Origin: a virus | Taxonomy: Duplodnaviria > Caudoviricetes | DNA: 25,719 nt | IMG/VR virus record: IMGVR_UViG_3300016667_000370 | Location: 1 to 25,719 of that record | Strand: one strand, 5' to 3' | Part shown: in pieces, positions 18,668 through 25,719 of the stretch | How positions within the stretch are numbered: position 1 is the stretch's first letter | Layout: every line of letters starts with the position of its first letter | The notes under the pieces: generated by a model | Seen by the model: only the letters and a program-made list of their open reading frames with translations | Database searches by the model: none | What the model was told of the DNA's origin: nothing | Position numbers and translations under genes: made by a program

Positions 18668-19570
18668 ATGATAGTCATAGGTCAAAATGTGAATAATATA
18701 CCTCTTTCATTAAATCAATATAATAGTGATTTTAATCTAAATAATGCTAATGGATTTTTTGATAAAGACAATTTTCATTATGTATTTAAGATAACAAATG
18801 ATTTAACATCAGATAGTTTTATCTTTCAACCTAATTTAGATGGTGATTGGTCAAATGCTGGTGATTTCTGGTGGGGTTCTTCAATGAATATGAGGATGAA
18901 TGATTTTAAATGGATTATATCACCTACTCAATCTAATTTAACAAATGGTATTATATGTCTTACAGGCTCAAATTGGGATGATAGTCAATGGACTTATGGA
19001 GTTTATGTTAATTCAGGCTCACCATTAAATTCAGGAACACCATCTATAAGTGCTACAGCGAGTTTATTAGAAACTGGTAGATTATATTTTGATACATCAT
19101 TTATAGGTTCTAATTATACACCACCAGCTCCTGAACCACCAACACCATCAAATGCTGATTGGACTTCAGTATACTTATCTACAGATGGTGGATTTATAAC
19201 AACTATAACAGATATTGGACCATTTGGTGCTGAGGTTTATAGCTTATATTTATTTAATGGTGGTATGACTTTTTCTGATTGGCAAACTGTGTTCGGTCCA
19301 ACTGTTGATAATGATGACCCACCACTATTCGGAGCAATTCCAGATAAGGTATGGATGTCTGAGGATGAAGCATTCTCATTGTATAGTGAACAATGGATTG
19401 TTGCTCAAACAGATAGTATATTCTACTTAATAACATTTACACCAGCTGTCGGTGGTGGGTATGATTTAGTATATCATGGTTCTTTAAGTAGTCCTTGTGG
19501 AATTGGAACATATGATGTTAGTTCATCAGATGTATTTGATGCCTTTATAATATCAGGAACTTGTTCATAA
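18668..19570 (+). CDS. Virion structural protein (possible neck/head completion) with Pro linker and acidic C-terminal domain (300 aa)
   Basis: Position between major tail and portal genes; YVFKITND...WTYGVY...LLETGRLY core; TPPAPEPPTP linker. Confidence 0.5.
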   Translation: MIVIGQNVNNIPLSLNQYNSDFNLNNANGFFDKDNFHYVFKITNDLTSDSFIFQPNLDGDWSNAGDFWWGSSMNMRMNDFKWIISPTQSNLTNGIICLTGSNWDDSQWTYGVYVNSGSPLNSGTPSISATASLLETGRLYFDTSFIGSNYTPPAPEPPTPSNADWTSVYLSTDGGFITTITDIGPFGAEVYSLYLFNGGMTFSDWQTVFGPTVDNDDPPLFGAIPDKVWMSEDEAFSLYSEQWIVAQTDSIFYLITFTPAVGGGYDLVYHGSLSSPCGIGTYDVSSSDVFDAFIISGTCS

Positions 19571-19585
19571 AAATAAAAAAACTAT

Positions 19586-20734
19586 ATGGGAATAATTGAT
19601 AATTTTAGATTTGATAAAAAAGTAAAAACAGAGACTACTAAACCAGTAGTTGAGACTTTTAATAGTTCTGTTGAGAGTATGAACCTTTCAGCTGTAACAG
19701 ATTTACCTAAAATAAAAGAAAAGAAAAATCAAGAGTGGGTTGATTATGGTGATGATAATCTTTATCCACAATTTTTACAAGATATGTTTAATACATCACC
19801 AACACATAATGCTATTGTTAAAACAAAAGCAGAAATGGTTGTAGGTGAAGGATATACTTATGATGATACATTTTTAGATGAAAGACAAAGAATAGAGGTT
19901 TTAAAATTATTAAAGCAAATAGAAAAAGAAAGTTATAATTTATCAAATGATTTTCAATTATATGGTGCGATGGCTTTTGAATTAATATGGTCTTTAGATT
20001 TTTCTAAAGTTGTTATGGTCAATAGATTATGTCCTGCTAATTTAAGAGCTGGTAAATTTGAGGATGGTAAAATTGAAGAATGGTATTATAAAAGAGATTG
20101 GTCTGATAGACGCGAAAAAGCCACTTGTATCTACTCATTAAACTTAGGTGATAGAGAACATCATAGACAATTACTTTATGTTCCTAATCAAATGATTTCT
20201 AATGAATATTACGGTGAAGCATCATATATTGCAGCTATGGATTGGATTGCTTTAGAAAGTCAAGTTGGTCTTTATTATAGAAGTTTAATTGAAAATGGAT
20301 TTAATCCTTCTATTATTATTAAGTTTTTTAGAAAACCAGCATCACAAGATGAAAAATCAGAAATCGTAAGGGGCTTAAAAGGTTCATTCGGTGGGGTGAA
20401 GAATAGTGGAAAACATATGGTCTTATTTTCTGACGGAAAAGAGCTTGCACCTGATGTAAGTCCAATTGAAGTATCAAATGTTGATAAACAATTCACGGTT
20501 ATATCAGACCAAATAACACAAAAAATCATAACTGGTGAAAGAGCTACAACTCCTGAGCTATTTGGAATTGCTATTCCTGGTCAATTAGGTTCTGGTGATT
20601 TTGAGACAAAAGTAAAATGTTTTGAGAAATTTGTTATCAGACCTGACCAAAGAAGATTTGAGGCAGCTATTAATGAGATTTTGAAACTTAATGGTTATGA
20701 TGTTAATTATAAATTAAATCAATTTACAATATAA
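19586..20734 (+). CDS. Portal protein (382 aa)
   Basis: WVDYGDDNLYPQFL, SPTHNAIV, NGFNPS, FGGVKNSGK, TPELFGI motifs typical of portal proteins. Confidence 0.85.
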   Translation: MGIIDNFRFDKKVKTETTKPVVETFNSSVESMNLSAVTDLPKIKEKKNQEWVDYGDDNLYPQFLQDMFNTSPTHNAIVKTKAEMVVGEGYTYDDTFLDERQRIEVLKLLKQIEKESYNLSNDFQLYGAMAFELIWSLDFSKVVMVNRLCPANLRAGKFEDGKIEEWYYKRDWSDRREKATCIYSLNLGDREHHRQLLYVPNQMISNEYYGEASYIAAMDWIALESQVGLYYRSLIENGFNPSIIIKFFRKPASQDEKSEIVRGLKGSFGGVKNSGKHMVLFSDGKELAPDVSPIEVSNVDKQFTVISDQITQKIITGERATTPELFGIAIPGQLGSGDFETKVKCFEKFVIRPDQRRFEAAINEILKLNGYDVNYKLNQFTI

Positions 20735-20751
20735 AAAAATAAAATAAGATT

Positions 20752-21342
20752 ATGGCATTCACACCTTGGATTTCTCAATCGTTCTTAAAAACATTAACAC
20801 CTATCAATACGAATGTTGATATTAGTGAGGTTGCTAATCATATAGAAACTGCTCAACTAATTTTTACTCGTGAATTGTTAGGTAAGTTACTTTATGATGA
20901 CTTAAATACAAAGTTTATCAACAATACTCTTTCATCAATTGAAACTGAATTATTTGATATCTTAAAACAATCAATAGCTTATCGTTCAGCTGAAATTTAT
21001 ATACCTTTTGCTTCTATTAAAATTAGAAACAAAGGTGTTGTTAGATTATCTGATGAATATGGCCAACAAGCTTCATTAGAAGATGTTAAATATTTAAGAC
21101 ACGAATTAAAAAATAGAAGTGAATATTTTGAGAAGCAAGTTCAAAATTTCCTTTATGAGTATAATAATGATTTTCCTTTATGGTTAAAATCTAAAAACGC
21201 CGCTGGTGATAAACAACTTATTTATCCAACTGCTAATTCACCTTATGATAGTGATATTTATATTGATGATTATGAATATAGAATTCGTAGAGGTAGATAT
21301 TACTATGGACCAAACTCAAATGAACCAGGAAATAGCTATTAA
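20752..21342 (+). CDS. Putative head-tail adaptor (196 aa)
   Basis: Follows portal; helical; AQLIFTRELLGKLLYD and IRNKGV motifs. Confidence 0.6.
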   Translation: MAFTPWISQSFLKTLTPINTNVDISEVANHIETAQLIFTRELLGKLLYDDLNTKFINNTLSSIETELFDILKQSIAYRSAEIYIPFASIKIRNKGVVRLSDEYGQQASLEDVKYLRHELKNRSEYFEKQVQNFLYEYNNDFPLWLKSKNAAGDKQLIYPTANSPYDSDIYIDDYEYRIRRGRYYYGPNSNEPGNSY

Positions 21343-21344
21343 TT

Positions 21345-21866
21345 ATGTGTATAGAGAATATAAATAAAGTTAAAAAATCTATTAATAAAGAAGAAAGTCT
21401 TATCAAATTAGAAAGACAAATTAAACTTATTAATGAATTAGGTGAAGATGCTTCTAAATTTCATATAATTGATAGAAGAGAAATGACACCTGAATTGATA
21501 GAACAATTCAATTTAGCTTTAGACCCTAATTCACCATCTATTAAATCTGTTATACCATCTGGTGAAAAGATTAGAATTAGAGTTGGACCATCAGCTCAAG
21601 CCGGATATGATGTAAGATATAACTATGATTTAAGAACTGGTATATCAGGACCTAAGGTCCTACCTAATGGTAGAACAAGAGATTTTTGTGTTCATTTAAT
21701 TGACGCAAATAAATTATATACTGTTGCTGAAATAAACAGAATGAGTAACGGATTTGATTTACCGGTATTTAGATTTGCCGGTGGTTATTATACTAACCCA
21801 GATACTGGTGAGACAACTCCATATTGTCGCCATGCTTGGTATGAAAATTTAGTTATAAAAAAATGA
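21345..21866 (+). CDS. MuF-like minor head protein (173 aa)
   Basis: RTRDFC...GGYY...PYCRHAW Cys/His pattern resembling the MuF/SPP1 gp7 C-terminal motif; head gene context. Confidence 0.5.
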   Translation: MCIENINKVKKSINKEESLIKLERQIKLINELGEDASKFHIIDRREMTPELIEQFNLALDPNSPSIKSVIPSGEKIRIRVGPSAQAGYDVRYNYDLRTGISGPKVLPNGRTRDFCVHLIDANKLYTVAEINRMSNGFDLPVFRFAGGYYTNPDTGETTPYCRHAWYENLVIKK

Positions 21867-22117
21867 ATATAGAAACTTTAATTTTAGGAGCTTTAGTTGG
21901 TGTTGTTGGATACTTTTTAAGAGCTACGATGGAAGACTTAAAAAAGGTCAAAGATGTCGCTTATGATACTAAAAATAAATTGGCTGTTTTAGAGAATGAT
22001 TATCTAAATAAACACTCAGCTCTTTCTGATAAATTTGATGCACTTTGTGATAGTGTAAAAGATTTAACAAATGAGATTAAATTATTAAATAGAGAGTTTA
22101 ATAAAAAAAAAGATTAA
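21863..22117 (+). CDS. Membrane-anchored coiled-coil protein, holin/XhlA-like (84 aa)
   Basis: One N-terminal hydrophobic helix followed by a heptad coiled coil; ATGA overlap with upstream gene. Confidence 0.5.
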   Translation: MNIETLILGALVGVVGYFLRATMEDLKKVKDVAYDTKNKLAVLENDYLNKHSALSDKFDALCDSVKDLTNEIKLLNREFNKKKD

Positions 22118-22120
22118 TGT

Positions 22121-22309
22121 ATGAAAAGATTATACAAAGAAGGATTAATAACAACGATACTGGGTGTATCAATTTTGATATTCAGCGCAGCAAGTATTTG
22201 GAAAGGAAAAGCAGGAGCTGAAGAAATGTCTGGATGGATTGCTCTTGGGTTAATGTTTTTAAGAAGTAAAGATAGTTTAATAGGATTAGAAGACAAAGAA
22301 GACTTATGA
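22121..22309 (+). CDS. Putative holin, two transmembrane helices (62 aa)
   Basis: LITTILGVSILIFSAASIW and MSGWIALGLMFL hydrophobic segments, charged termini. Confidence 0.6.
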   Translation: MKRLYKEGLITTILGVSILIFSAASIWKGKAGAEEMSGWIALGLMFLRSKDSLIGLEDKEDL

Positions 22310-22596
22310 ATTTTGTATATGAAATAATAATTGATGGTGTTAGAAGATATGTTGGTATAACCAATAATATTAAAAGACGACAATCACAACATATAAGAGA
22401 CTTAAAATCAAAAGATAAGTATTTATATAAGATGATAAGAGAAAACTCACCAGAGACGATTATTTCACTAAATATAATAGCTCAGTTTGATAATAAAGGA
22501 GATGCTGCGAGATGGGAATGTAAATTGATTTTAGATGATTATTTTAGCGATAAAAATCTATGGCAATCTTTTCCAGTTAGTATAAAATACTTTTAA
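22306..22596 (+). CDS. GIY-YIG nuclease domain protein (96 aa)
   Basis: FVY...YVGIT...RRQSQH and a downstream Glu (ARWE) match the GIY-YIG signature. Confidence 0.8.
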   Translation: MNFVYEIIIDGVRRYVGITNNIKRRQSQHIRDLKSKDKYLYKMIRENSPETIISLNIIAQFDNKGDAARWECKLILDDYFSDKNLWQSFPVSIKYF

Positions 22597-22615
22597 TAAA
22601 AAATAAATTAATACA

Positions 22616-23419
22616 ATGCCAATTAAATCGTGTCAAATAAATAATGAGAAGGGTTATAAATGGGGAGATAGGGGTAAATGTTATGCTTATGACCCATCAT
22701 CTGAAGAAAGTAAAACAAATGCTAAGAAAAAAGCAATAGCACAAGGTATTGCTATTGGTGATTTAGAAGCTATTGGTGCTCAATTGAATGTTTTAAAAGG
22801 TTCTTATAAATTTGAGAAATTAAGAAAAATAGGATTTGATTGGGATGGAACGGCTTCAACTTCTAAAGGTAAAGAAATGATACAATCAGCTATTGACAAT
22901 GGTGATGATGTTTATATTGTATCAGCGAGAGATAATAAAATAGGAATGATAATAGATGGTATACCACAATCTAAAATATTTGCTGTTGGTTCTAATGAAG
23001 AAAAAATAAAAAAGGTTAAAGAATTAGGTATAACTCAATTTTACGATAATAATAGAAATGTAATATCAAAATTACCAAGAGTAGGAAAGATTTTTCTTAA
23101 TATAGAATTAGCATCTTATACGGATTATCCGGAAGCTGCTAAAGAAAATGCAAGAATAGCTTTAAGATGGGCTGAAGAAAATGGATGGGGTTCATGTGGA
23201 ACTGCTGTCGGTAAAGCAAGAGCTAATCAATTAGCTAATGGTGAGGCAATTTCTGAAGATACTATTTCAAGGATGGCTTCTTTTGAGAGACATAGACAAA
23301 ATAGTCAAAGAGAATTAGGTGATGGTTGTGGTCGTCTTATGTGGTTAGCATGGGGCGGTGATGAAGGAATTGCTTGGGCTCAAAGAAAATTAGAACAAAT
23401 TAGAAAGGGAAACCGTTAA
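22616..23419 (+). CDS. Three-module protein: Cys-containing N-terminal module, capless HAD phosphatase domain, C-terminal helical module (267 aa)
   Basis: HAD motifs FDWDGT, IVSAR, EKI, FYDNN; C-terminal SYTDYP...CGTAVGKARANQLA...LMWLAWGG module. Confidence 0.65.
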   Translation: MPIKSCQINNEKGYKWGDRGKCYAYDPSSEESKTNAKKKAIAQGIAIGDLEAIGAQLNVLKGSYKFEKLRKIGFDWDGTASTSKGKEMIQSAIDNGDDVYIVSARDNKIGMIIDGIPQSKIFAVGSNEEKIKKVKELGITQFYDNNRNVISKLPRVGKIFLNIELASYTDYPEAAKENARIALRWAEENGWGSCGTAVGKARANQLANGEAISEDTISRMASFERHRQNSQRELGDGCGRLMWLAWGGDEGIAWAQRKLEQIRKGNR

Positions 23420-23471
23420 TTATAATATATAATTTAGCCATTTAATAAGATGGTCATAATTTTTACTTTGT

Positions 23472-23678
23472 TTAATCCACATCATTATTTGGTGTGGATT
23501 TTTTCATTTCTAATTCTAAGGCTTTCTTTTCTTGCCATTTCTTTCTTTTGTAGGCAGCTTGATATTTATTCCAAGCTTCTTTATTTTTAATCTTCCATTC
23601 TTTAGAATAATTATCCATTTTTTCTTTATTTTCTAAATAGTATTTTTTTCCGTATTCATTATCCATAGTAAGTGCCAT
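23472..23678 (-). CDS. Basic helical hypothetical protein (68 aa)
   Basis: YYLENKEK / WKIKNKEA repeats like the linkers of phage HNH proteins, but no nuclease motif; A-rich leader. Confidence 0.65.
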   Translation of the reverse strand: MALTMDNEYGKKYYLENKEKMDNYSKEWKIKNKEAWNKYQAAYKRKKWQEKKALELEMKKSTPNNDVD

Positions 23679-23705
23679 TTTTTAATATATATTAAAATAT
23701 GAAAA

Positions 23706-23730
23706 ACCTCTTATGAATAATTTATATTTT
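23706..23730 (+). promoter_or_regulatory. Putative phage late promoter, copy 6
   Basis: AC ctcttatgaataatt TATATTT T, upstream of in-frame ATG 23743. Confidence 0.55.
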
Positions 23731-23742
23731 AATAAAAAAACC

Positions 23743-24024
23743 ATGACGGTGGAAGACATAATGGATAAATTGATTGCTTGGTTATTCAATCAAATCCACG
23801 ATATGTTAGTTTATACTGAGGATGAAGAGTATGAAATAGCAGCATCTATAAGAGATGATATAGAAAATAAAATTGTATCAGTAAGTAGATTTTTAATAAA
23901 GAAAAAATTAACACCACTTTCTTTTGAGGATATCTATTATAACTTAAATGAAGTTAAATGGACGGTTTTTAAAGAGGTTAATGATATATTAGATATACCA
24001 AAAGAAAGATGTGTCTTAGAATAA
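23743..24024 (+). CDS. Hypothetical protein with UVR-like motif; start moved from 23713 to 23743
   Basis: EDEEYEIAASIRDDI resembles the UvrB/C coiled-coil motif. ATG 23713 falls inside the promoter motif; ATG 23743 has an A-rich leader. Confidence 0.65.
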   Translation: MTVEDIMDKLIAWLFNQIHDMLVYTEDEEYEIAASIRDDIENKIVSVSRFLIKKKLTPLSFEDIYYNLNEVKWTVFKEVNDILDIPKERCVLE

Positions 24025-24030
24025 AAATAA

Positions 24031-24243
24031 ATGATAAGTATGAAGTTAAAACAAAATTATATTAAATTTAAATTAGATGGAGTTCTTTATGACTTTAGTA
24101 ATTATAATGATGAAAGATTAGAGAGGTTATGGGAAAATAATCCAAATATGAGATTTATATTTGAGCCAATAGAAGCTGAACAACCAATTGAGGTCTCAAT
24201 ACAAACCACTAAAAAAAGAAAGTCAAATGGGAAGAAAAGTTAG
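24031..24243 (+). CDS. Hypothetical protein (70 aa)
   Basis: Tightly packed ORF with A-rich leader; basic C-terminal tail. Confidence 0.65.
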   Translation: MISMKLKQNYIKFKLDGVLYDFSNYNDERLERLWENNPNMRFIFEPIEAEQPIEVSIQTTKKRKSNGKKS

Positions 24244-24505
24244 AAAAGATGTTATAAAGTCAATAGTAGAAAGAACTGAAGATTATTTAGAGGTTGAAAA
24301 GTTTATCTATGAGATAAAAAGAAAAGCTTTTAGAGCAGATTATGTTGATTTATTTAGATTAGTTCATGTTTATGATTTAGCTTTCCCTAAATTAATTTTT
24401 ATACCTATGATGTGTAATATAGAAAAGAGTTGTGAAATAATGTTTTATAAGATATGTTGTTGGTATATTGACCAAAAACAAAAAAGAGAAGAGTTTAACA
24501 TTTAA
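24227..24505 (+). CDS. Hypothetical protein with Cys-rich C-terminus; start moved from TTG 24188 to ATG 24227
   Basis: In-frame ATG reduces overlap with the upstream gene; ORF ends in the terminator hairpin. Confidence 0.6.
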   Translation: MGRKVRKDVIKSIVERTEDYLEVEKFIYEIKRKAFRADYVDLFRLVHVYDLAFPKLIFIPMMCNIEKSCEIMFYKICCWYIDQKQKREEFNI

Positions 24506-24516
24506 CTCTTCTCTTT
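24483..24516. terminator. Probable bidirectional terminator between converging operons
   Basis: AAAGAGAAGAGTT (24483-24495), 8-nt loop, AACTCTTCTCTTT (24504-24516); perfect 13-bp stem, A-run on the left gives a U tail for the minus strand. Confidence 0.8.
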
Positions 24517-24538
24517 CATATATGTATGATTTTAGTAA

Positions 24539-24766
24539 TTAAGTTTTATATTTAATCATATCCCATTTGTTTATTGGGTTTTTCAATATGTTTATTATAT
24601 TTTTTAATTTAATTAAATCTTCAATAAACTCACTACCATTTATATCTGTGTAAATATATTTTCTTCTCATCATATTTAATTCACGGAAGTAGGTTGTGCC
24701 CTTAAATTGATGCATATATTCATCAATCTTCCAAATAACTTTTAATTTTAATTCATCTTTAATCAT
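24539..24766 (-). CDS. Hypothetical protein (75 aa)
   Basis: ATGA-coupled to the upstream minus-strand gene. Confidence 0.7.
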   Translation of the reverse strand: MIKDELKLKVIWKIDEYMHQFKGTTYFRELNMMRRKYIYTDINGSEFIEDLIKLKNIINILKNPINKWDMIKYKT

Positions 24767-25119
24767 ATTCCTAAATCTCCTAATTTTTTATCTCTTCTGA
24801 GCATCTTTAACCATTTTATAAAACCAATAGTATTGAAAATATATGTCTCTGTGTTTATTGAATTACAATCTGGACGAAATAAAATAAGTGCTTTTATATT
24901 ACCATCTATTGTTTTTTTACCATTAACCTCGGTATATGTTGAGGATATATCATCAATACTTACTTTATCTAAATAAGTATCTGGTAGTTTTAGAACTTCA
25001 TCTAAAAACTTTCTTCTTACAAAATGACAATAGTCATCGTAATAATCTAACTCATAATCCTCAAATGTGTTTAGATTAATTTTGTTTAAGTGCATGTTGA
25101 AAATCATTCCATCTTTCAT
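24763..25119 (-). CDS. Hypothetical protein ending in RRDKKLGDLGI (118 aa)
   Basis: ATGA overlaps at both ends. Confidence 0.75.
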   Translation of the reverse strand: MKDGMIFNMHLNKINLNTFEDYELDYYDDYCHFVRRKFLDEVLKLPDTYLDKVSIDDISSTYTEVNGKKTIDGNIKALILFRPDCNSINTETYIFNTIGFIKWLKMLRRDKKLGDLGI

Positions 25120-25619
25120 TTTTTTATTGCTTCTTTTTTATCCCATTCGGGTGATTTTTTAATCTTAAATGTCTTAAAGTATTTCTCCATCTCAAATCTG
25201 TTACATAGATAAGCATTAACCGCTCCATCATCACCAACACCTCTTTGATATCTAAATAAATTTGGTTTTTCTTTCATAATAGTTTTTAATTTATCTACTT
25301 CTATCATATAAGCTATTTCCCATTCTGGATAAAAGTAAATAAAGTAGTCAGCTGATGTTATACTTATACCTGATAATTTACCTCTACAAAAAGTTTCTAT
25401 AACCATATTATTAGTAATTCTATTAAACTTCTCCCATCTATCAGTTTTAACTTCTATTTTTATTATACCCCTATTATGTGTTTTTATTTTAATATCGTGT
25501 TTGTTATCATTATTATATTCAATAATTTCCCAATTAAATCTACATCTTAGATATTCAGCTACAAGTCTTTCTCCTAAATTACCATCTTCTAAGTCAGATA
25601 ACCATTTCTCTTTTTTCAT
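25116..25619 (-). CDS. PD-(D/E)XK superfamily nuclease (167 aa)
   Basis: GNLGE...HDIKI...IEVKTD catalytic pattern; SGISITSADYF motif. Confidence 0.75.
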   Translation of the reverse strand: MKKEKWLSDLEDGNLGERLVAEYLRCRFNWEIIEYNNDNKHDIKIKTHNRGIIKIEVKTDRWEKFNRITNNMVIETFCRGKLSGISITSADYFIYFYPEWEIAYMIEVDKLKTIMKEKPNLFRYQRGVGDDGAVNAYLCNRFEMEKYFKTFKIKKSPEWDKKEAIKK

Positions 25620-25623
25620 AATT

Positions 25624-25663
25624 AAATCCTTTTTTAAGTATATATTTACATAAAAAAGGATTT
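25624..25663. repeat. 13-bp perfect inverted repeat upstream of the minus-strand operon
   Basis: AAATCCTTTTTTA (25624-25636) and TAAAAAAGGATTT (25651-25663), 14-nt spacer. Confidence 0.8.
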
Positions 25664-25719
25664 TTTTATAAAGGTGGATTATTTATGGTTAATCAATTCT
25701 ATAATACATTCAATTATGT

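Noticed and set aside
5624-20529. Minus-strand track ORFs 5624-5857, 7419-7664, 10187-10381, 15981-16307, 16868-17050, 19254-19436, 20275-20529
   Set aside because: Each lies wholly antisense within a well-supported gene; the PDVPDE repeat is just the reverse reading of the Gly-Ser tract.
22114-22383. Minus-strand ORFs 22114-22383 and 22182-22364
   Set aside because: Antisense to translationally coupled holin-like and GIY-YIG genes.
23420-23471. Terminator between convergent genes 22616 and 23472
   Set aside because: Only a weak CCAT/ATGG stem is visible; too little to call.
1-25719. Stop codon reassignment
   Set aside because: The standard code gives dense full-length genes; TAG 9595 is followed at once by TAA, TAG 15625 soon after by TAA, and TGA stops occur in ATGA overlaps.
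1-25719. tRNA, rRNA, intron, IS or att site
   Set aside because: Intergenic gaps are all under about 100 nt, and no cloverleaf, transposase or integrase was seen.

Overview
Very AT-rich segment of a tailed dsDNA phage, most likely a siphovirus with a Bacteroidota host (A-rich leaders without Shine-Dalgarno sites, one canonical TAnnTTTG promoter). About 1-23.4 kb is an almost entirely + strand virion module in a non-canonical order: tail assembly chaperone fragment, tail terminator, tail completion protein, two tail-tip proteins, fibre genes, tape measure, XkdF-like prohead protease/scaffold, major capsid, major tail, portal, head-tail adaptor, MuF-like protein, two holin-like genes, a GIY-YIG nuclease and a three-module HAD-containing protein. 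Small ORFs and a converging minus-strand operon follow. No terminase, endolysin, integrase, tRNA, CRISPR array or reverse transcriptase was recognised. Best leads: (1) a fixed-spacing motif AC-N15-TATATTT upstream of six genes; (2) two fibre ORFs that fuse in frame if one TA unit is removed; (3) a -1 frameshift signature at the T9 run at 59-67; (4) a possible protease-processed head cargo polyprotein; (5) a host-promoter-driven antisense gene inside the structural module. All product calls come from reading motifs by eye; no searches were run.
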